This document shows positions 51,260 through 63,917 of a DNA stretch of 63,917 bases, in pieces. Origin of the DNA: Phoronis australis (Eukaryota > Animalia > Phoronida). Both the position numbers and the translations under genes were made by a program. The DNA lies in assembly GCA_002633005.1 (NCBI GenBank), contig NMRA01000224.1, positions 54,910 to 118,826 on the forward strand, read 5' to 3'. Below the pieces are notes generated by a model, which was given only the letters and a program-made list of their open reading frames with translations, was not told where the DNA came from and ran no database searches. The first letter of the stretch is position 1; each line of letters begins with the position of its first letter.

Positions 51260-52697
51260 ATCACATGATCATGTTCAGTGGAAACTGCCATGATTACATG
51301 ACATCACTAAAATAAAAATAAATGCCATGTTCCACACAATACATAGATTCCAGTTCAAAGACTTCAATTGTATAAAACAAAACAAATGCCTAGTATAATC
51401 CAGCATTACTTCTAAAATGAAAGCACCATTAATGGTATTCACTGACGTGTGAAGATCAGTAAAAATATGACGTTGGGTAAGTGCAGCGAAAACGCAGATT
51501 ACTATGTTCAGTTGACATTTTTTGGGAAAGCACAAACATGTCCCTTACCAAGGGCAAACTGACAATTGCCCGGGGGGAGGGGGAAGAGATGCCGTCACTG
51601 ACATCGTGAAAACGTAATCCCTCTTCCATTACTAGTACTCATTCCTTCCATCACCTGCTTCAAATAGAACGTGCATTACAGACACATGGAAGCACCTCCC
51701 CATTTTATTGCCAAAGCGATTTAAATATACATTTGTCTGCTCCTATCTATGCTAATGCATAACAGGAACTAAACGACAATGTTATTTTAACATAATCTAT
51801 GCTTGTACTCATTGACAGCTTGTAAACGTGAACAAAAAACAAAAAATTCTGCAAATAGGTGACCTTTGCACTATGGCATTTCTCGCGGGCTCACATAGCC
51901 TGCATCATGTAGTGTTATTCCCCAACACGTCACGACACTTACAGGAGACAGTTCAGTGATTTGCAGCGGATCATTTTAGCCACAAAACTCGTTCTTGAAA
52001 ATATTTGCGAATTTACAACGTACTTCATATTCATTGTTGCTATATTTTTTGTTATTAACTAATTTGACCAAGCAAAAACAGAAATAAGCATGCAAGTTCA
52101 ACTTTATCACTCTTTATATACTAATGGCAACAGTCTTGAGTGTTCTTTTTTGTCAGCTTTCTTGTGGGTTGATAAAATTATGACTTTTCAACCTCATTTT
52201 TTCGAAACATGGAGGCTCTTCATGATCATTTGCATTTCTCGCATGGGACAAAGTCACGGAAATGTGTTGAAATGTGATCACTTTTCAACTTTGCTCCTTA
52301 AAAGGACCATACAAATATTTCAAGTTCATCTTGAACTTGTCAACGGAGGTATCGCCTGATTACGCTATAGTTGCCAAACTACCACTGAAAAGTAATCTGG
52401 CTTGTGTTTCAAGTAACATCTACATGTATGTAGAAAAGTAATTTGGCTCGTGTTTCAAGTAACATCTACATGTATGTAGAAACGAAACACCACCTTCGAT
52501 GCCACCATTATCATGTAGAATTGTTTTATCTCAATGGCACTCGATCATTCCTTCTTGCAAAACTTTTGAAGTCCACTAATGAATGATGGCACTGTGGTTA
52601 GCAATACAAAGCAATGGGCGATATAAATATTCTGAAGTTGTAATATTCCCATAGCATCGTTGAAACTGCTCGGGAATAAAACTGAAACTGAGTCTTA

Positions 52698-55600
52698 TCA
52701 AGTCCTTTCAATAGTCTTAGTTTGAACTCCCAGTAAGTTTCTCCAGGAAACATCTCGATACAATTGGCTAACAGCTTCAGGACTATACACGCCACTTTCA
52801 AGTTGTCTTTGTTGATCCTGTAAAAATGACAATGTGCAAATTCACAAATCTTACGGCGAGACCTCCTCTTTGGCCCTCATGTTACATTATTGGAATAAAT
52901 AGTTCAGCCCACTTCAAACACCTGCCATACACTGAATATGAGCATCCCATGTGCCCATATTTAAAGCTATGCCTATATCTGCAATGAGGCGCATGCAATT
53001 AGATCAAAACACTGTAAAACCCTGAAGCATAATCATCAAAATATGTATTTGAGTGAAAGTTGATTTACCTGTTACAAAATAGTAGATGTTGACAATGTCG
53101 AGTAATGTAAACAAGACTGGTATATAAAAAAGTAAACGAGATGCTGTCATCCGGTATGGCTAGTTAAGGTTCGGGCTGTTCCAGTAAAATCTGTATGGGG
53201 GGAAGGCACTTTTTTGCACCCACCACCCAATATTTCTTCAGCCCACCACCTGTAATTTTTTATAAGTTGAAATGCAACCACCCGTAATTTTTGTTGTTGT
53301 TCTTGTGGTCGACTGCACAGGCACATGAGTGTATCTGTTCTTCAATCACCACTGACGTCATTCATTACTAAGAAAACATATGTTTCTTGGTTATTAGAAA
53401 TTCGAGCACCTGTGGTTGCCTGGTGTTATGGGCATGCCGAAGGGGAGATCGGAGGGAGTGAAACAGACGGAGCTTTTTGCAAGTTGCGTTTTTGTTTTAG
53501 TTGTTGATTCTGTGCGAATTGTTTATAGAACTTACTGAAATTTACCCACCATCAAACATTTATGGCACAATGAAACAAAAACGACTTGTAAATTTTTATT
53601 TTTTGAAGTACTACCACCAGCCATTTTGAATTTAAATCAAACACAGCCACTTATAAATTTTTATTTCAATTGCCTTCCACCTCCCACATGGATTTTACTG
53701 GAACAGCCCTTATGTAGGACCCAAGAAAAATGTCCAAATTTAATTAACTATGAACTTCATATCTCAGAAAAGGCTTTCAATATCGGATTGCTATGAAACT
53801 TTCAGATTATTTTTATATGCTTTATGCTCTGTTCTCCAAAGTGCTTTAAGGAATTATTTTAACAATAATCCACTTCTGTATGACGCTATCAAACAGTAGA
53901 ATTTTCATGATTTTCACAAAAAAACATAAATAAAACAAAAATGAAATATTTTAGAAAACTAACAGCACTCTTGAGATCTCATCTTGTACTTTTATATCAA
54001 ATAAAATTTGATCATGTTACTGATACCATTATTTTGCTATCAGTGTTCCTTTCTTTTTTTCTTTAGTTTAACTAAAAAGTCACTGTCATGTGATTGAATT
54101 AATGGCAGATCGGTAAAAAGTAAAAAAATAATTCTACAGAATGTCTGCTTTCAGAAAATCAGACTATCTCGCTTATCTACCAAGGCCATTAAAATAAATG
54201 AGATGTCGTTCAACAAAGCTTTCAGAAAAGATATACACTAACTTTTAACGAGTTGAAATCTACAATTTTGTAGATATTTGGCTAAATATAATAATAATAT
54301 TAAGACCTGTCGATAAGGTCCTACATAACCTTAAAGACAAATAGTTTTCAAACAATTACTAATAACAGAGCCAAAGAAACCAATTTAATACGCGCCCACC
54401 GCAGTCAAATCAAAAACCAGCAGAACGTTGCAGTGTTGATCGTAGCATACTCAGGGCTTGGAATTTTCCGCGGAAACGCGGATTTCCGCTTTTTTCAAAT
54501 GTGCTTTCCGCTTTTTTTATAATATTTCCGCGTAAAAAAATCGGATTTGATATAAAACTTCCGCGGCAAATTCCTTTCTTACCGCGGCGATGCAGACGAC
54601 GTTCACCTCGAAAAGCGGAAGTTGCTCTTTATGTTTCGGAGGAACGTAAATTATCAACATTGCTGGGGCATCTGGGACAGCATTGTGGGATTTTCAATGG
54701 CGTCTCGTGTTATTGTCAAGAGCGGGGACAAATACTACCGCCCTGCAGCCAAAAATGTGTGGGTTGGGAGTGGACGGGCGAGCTAAAAGGATGCAGATGC
54801 ATGCTACTGATGGTGGTAACGTTTTTTTTTTTTAAGTCCTCCCGATTTTTGCCGGGGAAAGGTTCACATTGACCATTTCAAGGCTGGTTATCGGGCATGA
54901 TTTGGGCCGTAAAAGTTTCAAAGTTTCCGCGTTTTTTATCATTGGTCATTCCAAGCCCTGCATACTCACTATAACAATTTTCTTCTTCCACAGACTAAGA
55001 CAACACGGCTCGAACTCCACACCACGCGCTAAGCACTTCATGGCCACACCCCTCTCCTTTAAACCTTCACTGAGGACTGGAAACTCGAATGTTTCCTAGA
55101 AAATGAAAGCTAATGTCAGGAGAGCATCTTGATGATGTAATCCTAGAGAGATCATGGTCTTCACTCGCACTGCGTGGCGATATCTCGTCAAGACTTGCGT
55201 GACCTTATCTCGTCATTCCTAGTGTCTTTAGTGAGCAGTTCAACTGATGTGAAGAAATGTAATTTATAGATAGAAATGCATCAACAAAACTGCTACGTAA
55301 AACAAGGTCATTTAAAGTGCCAAACAGCTCTAGTAGGCCAAGCCAAAATCGCAGTCAACCTGGAATAAATCATTGACAAGTTAGTGGTGATCAATCTTTG
55401 TGTTGAACCAATCACTGATCTCCCTGTTTATGAAGAACCAATCACTGACTTCCAGCTTTACGTTGAACCAATCACTGACCTCCACTCGGTCCATGTGTGT
55501 AATTAGGGAATGTGTATTAAAAAAACAAAGGTTTCAATGACCCCAAAAGAACCAAAACATGGCCCTGCATGGAGATTAAAAGGTGTCCATGACTTCTGAA

Positions 55601-58600
55601 TCAAACTAAATTATTCCCAGTTCAAATATTCAGCTTCTTGTATTCCAGTCACAACTTTAAGGGATAAATAACAAAATCTAACAAAGTACAGCCCATGCAT
55701 ATTTAGGACGGGCCAACATTCGGCGATTTGATTGCCAACCAAAACATGACCCTATCATTTGTTCATTAGCACATGACCTCACATCAAAGCTCAAGTTGGG
55801 ATCAAGGGCAGTGTGTCGGTGTGTCCCCTTGTGACTACACACCTGTCTTTCTGAAGTTCGGTTGCGGGATACTTTGCAGATTTTTTGACATTTCAACCAG
55901 TAAATGGGAACTCTGACTTCTTCTTATACAGCTTTCCCAAAACTGACTGAAGGAAACTTTGACTTCAACTGTTTTAAATTGAATACTTTCTCTTTAACTG
56001 GTATTTTCATCTGGCAGTACAAACACTATGGGAGCGTTTGCATATTACGTAATCACTCGAGAGGGAAGGGTTTTCAAATTGGAAAGATGACAATTTATAA
56101 CAGAGAGGGGGTTTATTAGAATGGCGTACTTTATTTCATTGATGAATACAACAGCGGCAAATGCCGCCGATTATAAAGAGCCATTAGTCATAAAAACAGA
56201 ATCTCCAATGAACTGCCAGTTCTTCCAAACAGTGAGGACGGCTGTGATGACGTAATTACAGACTGGACAGGGGGAGCTTATATCGTGACGATGGGTGATG
56301 ACAAAGGGGGGAGAGAAAGCAAAAAGTGGCAAATTTGAGATAACGTAATGTGTGAACGCCCCCACTTCCAAATTCTCGGCACCTACATACCCCAACCAGC
56401 TTCAACATACGGAGAAGTGTCTTATTCATGACGAGGCATTTCTTGGCTCGCGTCACTGCAACGTACAGTAAATTAGCTTCTTCAGAAGATACAGACTGGC
56501 TGTTAATCGCCAACTCGGCCATGTCATTGTCATTATCATCTGAAAACCCAAGAAATAAAAAATGTACTCATACTCACTGAAACAACATTTCTTGCATCAC
56601 TGCGTATGCTTAACACAAGCCTTCCCTCTTCGTTTGTGATAAAAACAGTATTGCACCCTGCTAAGTTTGCAAAAAACAAAATCAATTTGGGCCTTTTACT
56701 CTTAGGCTCATAGAATAAGACTCGTAAATATTCCTTACCGCGACAATTTCCATCAACTCGATTCACAGGCAATGGGTATGTCCGCCATTTTCAAATTCGC
56801 AAATTTATGATTCACCAACCCCTACAAACACTGAAGCATTTTGTTTGGTCATTGTTTCATTATTCTTGTTGGAAGCAGAAATATAATCCTATCACAATAA
56901 CGTGTATTATGCAACTGCTTTTATGGGAATAAAAGGCCCAATTCAATTTTCGTTTTTCTTGGCATTTCCATCTTTCCTAAATTGTAAATTACAAACAACC
57001 ACACAAAAGTACCTTAAACCTTTCTGTTATTCAAGCTCATACACAACTATGTTCCAACTAAGGTTCTTCAAAAACCATGACGACTAGGTGTTTGAAAAGT
57101 AATGACGAGTGACTGCGATGACGACAGTACGCACCCACGCTGGGAATGCCTTAACTCGTAAAAAGTGACCACTCAGTGGCGGATTTAGGGGAGGGGGGAC
57201 AGGGGGGCATTGCCCCAACCTAAAATTCTCCAAAATTCCTCAGAAGTTCGGAGGTGCGAATATCTGACAGACAAAATCCTGACTTCTACTCTGCCTTGTC
57301 TCCCCCAATTCAAAATCTTGGATCCGCCCCTGCCACTGACTTGTGTCTCCCATTTTGATATTGCGAAAGAATTTAATGAAATTTATCACAAAAAGTGCTT
57401 ATCCGACAAAATGCATTCTAAAAGGATGCCGGAGTAGAAGACAGAGCAAACAAGGTGCTTGCAGTTGACGAATACAACACAAACACGTTGCTATTGACAA
57501 TAAGGCTGTGTCTGATACTTAGACATGAGTATGTTGGTCATAGGCTGGGGACTGTGATTTGCCACGCAAGAACCGCTGGCAGTGTCCAGGTTGATGTCAG
57601 TTTACATACCATTGCCCTCGGCTCCAAACAAGGTATCTAAGCCAGGGTTTATCATTGAGGCTGTCGACTGTTCAAGGTTGAAGTCATCGGTTAAGCGTAC
57701 AGTCGTGAATTCAAGTCCTTTAGCTTTGTGAGCCGTACTTAACACAACATCTGTAAAGAGATTACACATGTAACAAAGAAATTAAAAATGTACAGTCATG
57801 TATCTATGATAAGGCTTATATAGGGACGACAAATTTACTGTTGAAATGGATTACTAGAGATGCAAGATAGTGATGTAAGAGCATTCTCAATTCTACAAAA
57901 CGATCATTTATTTGATATGTGGCNNCCCCCCCCCCCCCCCCCCCCCCGGTTATTTAGTGTAACTCTTGCCGGTCACATTTAAATATAAAGGTCATATGGG
58001 CTTTCATGTATACACTCAGCTAATGCTAGTAAATTACCTTTTTGTTTCACGTGGGTCGGGACTGGTTGGACATTATGGTTGAGAAGTGAAGTAAAGCAGT
58101 CATGTCTAGGACTCTGGTGATCTTCTCGTTTAATTTCTACCAGAAATTAAGGACCAATGGAATACAGTGAATATGACAAGAGTTAAAGGTGCTATAAACC
58201 CAGTTTCTGATAAAAAAGATTAGAAATGTTGTCTAAGTTTGGGAGAAGCTGGCAAACTGTTTGTTATTGTTGAGACCAGGTTCAGTTGAGCCTCGTCTTA
58301 TGCATAAAACATAGCATTTTCCAAACATGGTACACAAAACCCAGAGCAATGGTCTACACGAGTCCCACAATGACTTACCAGCAAACTCCACATGTTTGGT
58401 CACCCGTTGTTCTATCTGATTCATGATTGTCGGCAGCTGGCGATTGTAAGTCTTGACAATCTTAATCTTGCCAAGTAGTTCATGGTCGGATGTCTTTGTC
58501 GCATATTTCTCTAGTTCTCCAAGATTGTGAAAGTAGGCAATAAGGCCATTTGTGATTTTAGCTGAAACATGGCAATAAATTTGAAGTATTAACAATGTTC

Positions 58601-61600
58601 ATTGAAAAATCAGCGAAATCTTGGTGAGAGAAATAGTTTACTTCATACATTACATGCTAAAGGGTAAATTCAAATTCAGGTTTATTCCTATCCCAGGACC
58701 AAACAAGTACTACTAACACATCAAAAATGGCTGCAATGCAATGACCCAGTTATTACCGCAGGGCCCAGTTACATAAAAGTTATACGCCGTATAGCAACAA
58801 TGACGTCACATTATCACGTGTCACGCTTTTATTGTTGAACAATAAACCTGACGTCATACAACAACAAACTTATCCAGCGGATAATTTTGAAGTTTTAGGC
58901 AACCCAACCCTGGACCAACAAAAATAAAGTAGCCATGGATTTGAGACAAGGCTACTACACCCATACCAGTCAGTGATTTTGTAGTGTCAGGTCTGAGAAT
59001 TCACTAGGACAAGATACTAAATACTTTCCCAACCTGCAGCAGAAAGCACTGGCGGAAATAAGAATGTTTACAACACAGGTGCCATGCATTACAACACAGG
59101 TGTCATGCATTACAACACAGGTGTCATGCATTACAACACAGGTGTCATGCATTACAACACAGGTGCCATGCATTACAACACAGGTGCCATGCATTACAAC
59201 ACAGGTGTCATGCATTACAACACAGCCGCCATGCATTACAACACAGGTGTCATGCATTACAACACAGGTGTCATGCATTACAACACAGGTGTCATACCAT
59301 ACCTTTGCGTTCTTCTGGCGGCAACATCAAGGTGTAGATATCACGAATCATAGGGAACCCAAATCCATCAGTACCCTGAAACAAGATAATTACTGCAAAA
59401 CGGATCATAAACCAAACCTCAAATACACTTCGGAACATAAAAGAATGAATTCACTCATTAAATAAGTGATACATTTACAGCTGTACATTTCCATTTAAAT
59501 CCTACTTACACCAACAAACGCCACAGACTTGCGCTGATCGCTGGTGTAGGAGCACTCTCGTACCGCTTCACTGAACAAGGTGAAGTTACAACGGGTGATG
59601 ATGGCTAGTTGACCTTTGACCTCACCATCAATATGACCTGTGGTAAAGAAGTGACAGGCTATGATCAAACACACGCACGCACATCAGCTTCTGGCACATA
59701 CACTATGAGAGAATTCATTGACAATTATGATGTTTATCAATACCAGGATAGAGGAAAGATACTAAACATTGATTACGGCACACATGAGCAATTTGGTCCA
59801 AAACAAATAAGCATGGTGAACTTCCAAGATAGGCAAATTTACATTTGACATTTTGCTGTGTACAATAACATGAAAGTTGAATGCTGAAGATTAAAGTTCT
59901 TTCTTGTAAAAAGTCAAACAGGACTTTTGCTTATTATAAATTTATCTCATGAGACATTGCAGTAAAAGCGTAACCTCTTCTACACTAATCCAAATCTATA
60001 AAAACTACACAGGACATAAACTAAATGAAATTAATAATTTTTTGTTGCTTTGTGAAATTTTCAGGGCAACTCAGTAAGCCTAGAGTTCATAAGCACCAAC
60101 ATCAGGTCAGACAGTCTTAAAACTGCAACCAATTTGGAAAACATGAAGAGTTCTCCTGATTCTTACCAGGGAGCCCGTTTCCAACGAGTGTCTTGGTTTC
60201 CACTTGCTTATACATTTCCAGACAACTGGAGGCTACAAAACTAATTTCTGGACCAAACCTCATGGACTGAAATTAAGAAATAATTGTAATGCATGTTTTT
60301 ATTTAGCGCTTTTATTCAACATATGACAGCGAAGTCTATCGTGACGGGGAAACTGGCCTGCAACTGTCAATCATTCCATCAATCAATCATTGCATCTGTC
60401 CATTACTCCATAACCTGTTAGTGATAGTTTGGCAATTCTTCACTTAATTTGCACAAATAAATTAAATGTATTTTCCTGATGGTTGGGGTGTGTCAAATAA
60501 ACTGAGTATACAGCGAAAAATTGCCATATTATATACATCATAAGAATCCACGTGACCTTGTAAAATTAGTTGATAGTATTAAAAGATGTTGAAAGGGGGA
60601 CAAAGCACACTTTCAAAAAGGAAAAATATTCGCGGTAACTCTAAAACGACATGACAGAGTTATTTTTGGGCCTGGAGGGATCTCAAGGCTCCTTGGTAAC
60701 CCTTACTCCCCCTATGGGGCTTAACTATCATTAAAGGACACGCAATGCTACCAAAGAACAATGCCAAAATCTGAAACTGCACTACACTACAACCCCATCT
60801 ATTGTCAATTCTAGACAGTTTATTACCTGTGTAAGGTAGTATATGTGAGTGGCCTGGATCTGCTGCATGGCATTGACAGCACCCCGGAAGGAATAGATTT
60901 GCTGGTGTGGGTCACCCACTAGTATCTTAGGCTGGGACTGAGAGAGTAGGATATCCGCAATGGCTGAAATAGACAAAATGTGAATCAGACCCAATGGCAG
61001 TGATGTGGAAGGTATAGATCTGCTAATGTGAGTCCCCTATCAGTATCTCAGGCTTGGATAGGGACAGCAGAGTGTTCAAGATGGCTGGAGTAGAAGGAAA
61101 TGAATAAAGACTCACGACATCTGGGCCCGGTCTCCAATCTTTTTACTCGAAATGCAACTCGAAATTAGGTTTGGCATTTTCTACTCTAATTTTGGGCGAG
61201 CTCAAGATAAGTGTCTATTATTCTATGCTCGAATACACAATAACTTACATAAATAATTTATTGCCCTTAGTTCACAGTTTGTAAACCCAATATTAAAGCA
61301 ATAAGTTCGAGTTTGAACTCGAAATTTCGAGTTTTTACTCGAGTTTGTAGCACGAATATAAGAGTCTTCAAGGGCGAACTTGAACTAGAAACTCCTATGC
61401 ATAAACTATAATGTATTCGAGCACAGTCTGATAACCAATTATCTTAAGTTCGCACAAAAGGAGCAGAGAAATTGCCAAAAATAGTTTCGAGTTCGTTTCG
61501 AGTACAAAGATTAGAGACCGGGCCCAGTTGTGGAAGGCTTATGTCTGCAGGTGAGGGTCCCCTACAACTATTTTAAGCCTGCGCTGAGACAGCAAGATGG

Positions 61601-63378
61601 CCGAGATGGGAAATGACAAGTGTAAGTGGCAAAACGTCTGTAATACTTTGACTGCCAAGGAATGGCACACGGCATATCATCAATGTATCACTTTTGGGTA
61701 ATTTTTGATATCCATAAGTCCATCGAATTTGACCACTTATTGATAGAAAATAGTGGCTTCTTGCAATGAGAAGAGCTGACAAATCAATCTTGTTAAGTTT
61801 TTTAATTTACCATAGCTGTAAATGAAGAGAACACACTGGTTACGTGTACCAACACCAGGTGGTGTTGCTCGCTGGTGCACAGAGGCCTTAATTAAGAACC
61901 AGGATATGTATAACGCACTGGTTACACGTATAATCACTAGATCGAATTGCTTGCTGGTGAATGCAGCTTTAATAAAGAACCAGAAAACGTACATTCACCA
62001 TGGTACCTACAAACTGAACGACAGTAAGGAATACAGCAAAAAAAGAAGCAGCCAACAGATGCCTGCTGGTGACACCTGGTGTGCACATTTGAGACTAACC
62101 AGGAGTGAGGTCTTGAGCCTCATCAATCAGGATACAGTCATAGCCTTTGAGTTTAGGCTTCTGCAGCTGGTACAGCTTGATGTAGCCATCGTGAACCATG
62201 GGAACTGTTTTGTCCCGCAGGTCCACCATTCTGTCCCAGATACGCTGGGCGTCCTGAGCGTACATCTAGAACATAGATAATTAATAGCATGTACATACTA
62301 GCTACAGTGAGTCCAATTCTTTCCATCAAATAATGTTGACACTGCCTTCATCAGTGATTGGAAGATGGCGCTGCACTCAATATGATTTAGATAGGACTCA
62401 CCTTGAACGTTGGCCACATCCCGAGAACAGTGATTGTGGGCAAAAATCAACACCTTAGTAAAAGACTTTACAAGAAAATTAACCAATCACATTGTGTGAA
62501 ATATAAAAGTTAGTTTTTTGAGTCCACTTTTGAGCAAAGTTTGGCAAATTGCAGCGGAGTGCATGTGTTAAAGTGAGATTACGTGTCCGCAGTCAATAGC
62601 GTTTGGTACCTCACTAGAAAAGCAATATCTCGCGAGATTCTGTGTGATGTTGTTGTTATTTTCAATGAGAGCATGTGGTTTTGGCTAATTATTCTCACCA
62701 AGAGACAGCTAGGGACCACAGTTAATGTGACTATCATGCTGGGACACGCATGTAAGTCAATACCGCGTCTAGTTTTGCTTGATTCTGTGTTTTTCACAAT
62801 AAACAACATACAGTCTGAAAAAAAAGTGAATTGATATTTCCAAGTTGTCTACAGTTGAACTATCTGCAAAGCTGATGGGCAGGATATTGGTGCATTAAGC
62901 TACTTGGAATTCATCATTTTGCAGTATCAGATTTGTGTCTCTAAAACCTCACACAATTGATTTGTATTGAAATAAGAGCTAAGTTTTGAGATTACAAAAA
63001 ATGTCATGAATAAAGTTAAAGAGCAACATGAGAAAGTAAATAGAGTCCATAAAAATGCATAACATTCAGAAAATGTTGTGGAGTACCTACTTGGGGGTGT
63101 TTCGTGTAATCAGACTAAAGGTGTCCTTCCAGTCAACATAAGACATTGCTTCTCTCACCTCTCTGTGGTGAAATGAAATATCCCTCAACAAATTCTGGTC
63201 GTCTCTAGTTCGACTTGGCGCATGTGCCGTGGTCACAAAAGGATCTGCCGAGGCCATGAATGTATTCAGCGTATCCATCACAAACTTGGCGCGTACATAC
63301 AGGTTCTCGCCCTTCCGTGGCTCCAAATTATTCACGATGAGCCTCACTTTCAGGTTAGGTGCAAATTTATGTTGGTAC
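52698..63378 (-). CDS. FBH1: F-box DNA helicase 1-like (UvrD/SF1A helicase), 5'-partial; N-terminus lies beyond the window
   Basis: complement exons 63159..63378, 62100..62265, 60827..60963, 60167..60266, 59510..59637, 59303..59375, 58379..58561, 57610..57750, 56391..56539, 54970..55095, 52698..52817; motifs [67 protein letters not shown]; phases consistent. The last two exons are less certain and the F-box itself is not in view. Confidence 0.88.
53168..54330. mobile_element. Kolobok-like MITE with TTAA TSD, left TIR interrupted by a Harbinger MITE
   Basis: TTAA|GGTT[insert]ATGTAGGACC ... GGTCCTACATAACC|TTAA. Confidence 0.75.
53173..53709. mobile_element. PIF/Harbinger-like MITE
   Basis: 19-bp TIR GGGCTGTTCCAGTAAAATC / GATTTTACTGGAACAGCCC; TTC/TTA 3-bp flanks. 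Confidence 0.8.
54452..54960 (+). mobile_element. hAT-like MITE, copy 3
   Basis: CAGGGCTTGGAAT...ATTCCAAGCCCTG with CATACT duplicated on both sides. Confidence 0.88.
59068..59296. repeat. 21-bp minisatellite x~11
   Basis: TACAACACAGGTG(T/C)CATGCAT units, ending a few nt from an FBH1 splice donor. Confidence 0.95.
61121..61528. mobile_element. MITE with ~30-bp TIRs
   Basis: CTGGGCCCGGTCTCCAATCTTT.TACTCGAAA / TTTCGAGTACAAAGATTAGAGACCGGGCCCAG. Confidence 0.8.
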
Positions 63379-63789
63379 CTAGAGCAAACCGTTCCATACT
63401 ACAGAAAGCAAACATCTAAATCGTGAATAAATTTGCATGGAATTCATCCTGCAGGATTTGATGGGACTCAAAATTCAAATAAATTGGTATCCTAATGCCA
63501 AAAAAAATTTGCTTGCAAAAATACTGCACCCATTTCAGGCAACTTACGCAAGGGAAAGCACTAAGCATAATACACAAAATTCACCTTCAAATCCACAAGA
63601 GCAATAACTTCACAACCACTTAATAATGCTTCTAACTTTTACAAACCCTGAGCAAGAATTTGAGTAGGTTTGATTCAGTTAACAGCATGGTATGTGTGTA
63701 GCATATTTCTAGACTCACAGGCAATACGATGTTACTCATTTATTCAACAAAAACTGTAAAAGCACCGATCGTAGGAACATCGTCACTAG

Positions 63790-63917
63790 CACAAACCAGG
63801 TCAATGAGGGATAAGGGTAATACCTCTCACAAACCAGGTCAATGAAGGATAAGGGCAATACCTCTCACAAACCAGGTCAATGAAGGATAAGGGTAATACC
63901 TCTCACAAACCAGGTCA
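63790..63917. repeat. 38-bp minisatellite, truncated by the window end
   Basis: CACAAACCAGGTCAATGAAGGATAAGGGTAATACCTCT units. Confidence 0.92.

Noticed and set aside
58970-59465. Repetitive ORFs ([21 protein letters not shown])
   Set aside because: 21-bp intronic minisatellite that is open in several frames

Overview
Eukaryotic genomic DNA (AT-rich, GT-AG introns, short N gaps), most consistent with a marine invertebrate, probably a lophotrochozoan; the taxon is an inference. Six host genes could be built by hand with phase-consistent splice sites: a TRIM-NHL E3 ligase with a single coding exon (+), CLN8 (+, 2 coding exons), urocanate hydratase UROC1 (+, 17 exons, ~678 aa), MED20 (-, 4 exons) head-to-head with SNRPF/SmF (+, 4 exons), and the 3' part of an FBH1-like UvrD helicase (-, runs off the window end). 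Intergenic and intronic space is full of decayed transposons: an L2/CR1-type LINE with a nested Penelope fragment, a HERO-like RLE LINE fragment, THAP-bearing Kolobok-like and ISL2EU-like relics, many MITEs, a tRNA-derived SINE and many minisatellites. No prokaryote-type system (CRISPR etc.) is present, and I cannot demonstrate a wholly new biological system. The best leads are (1) a minimal type I hammerhead ribozyme with a compensated U3-A8 core in the Penelope pseudo-LTR, (2) tandem duplications that multiply UROC1 splice sites, one of which creates a ready-made 90-nt GT-AG proto-intron, and (3) a 5'-only LINE fragment bracketed by a perfect 65-bp duplication.
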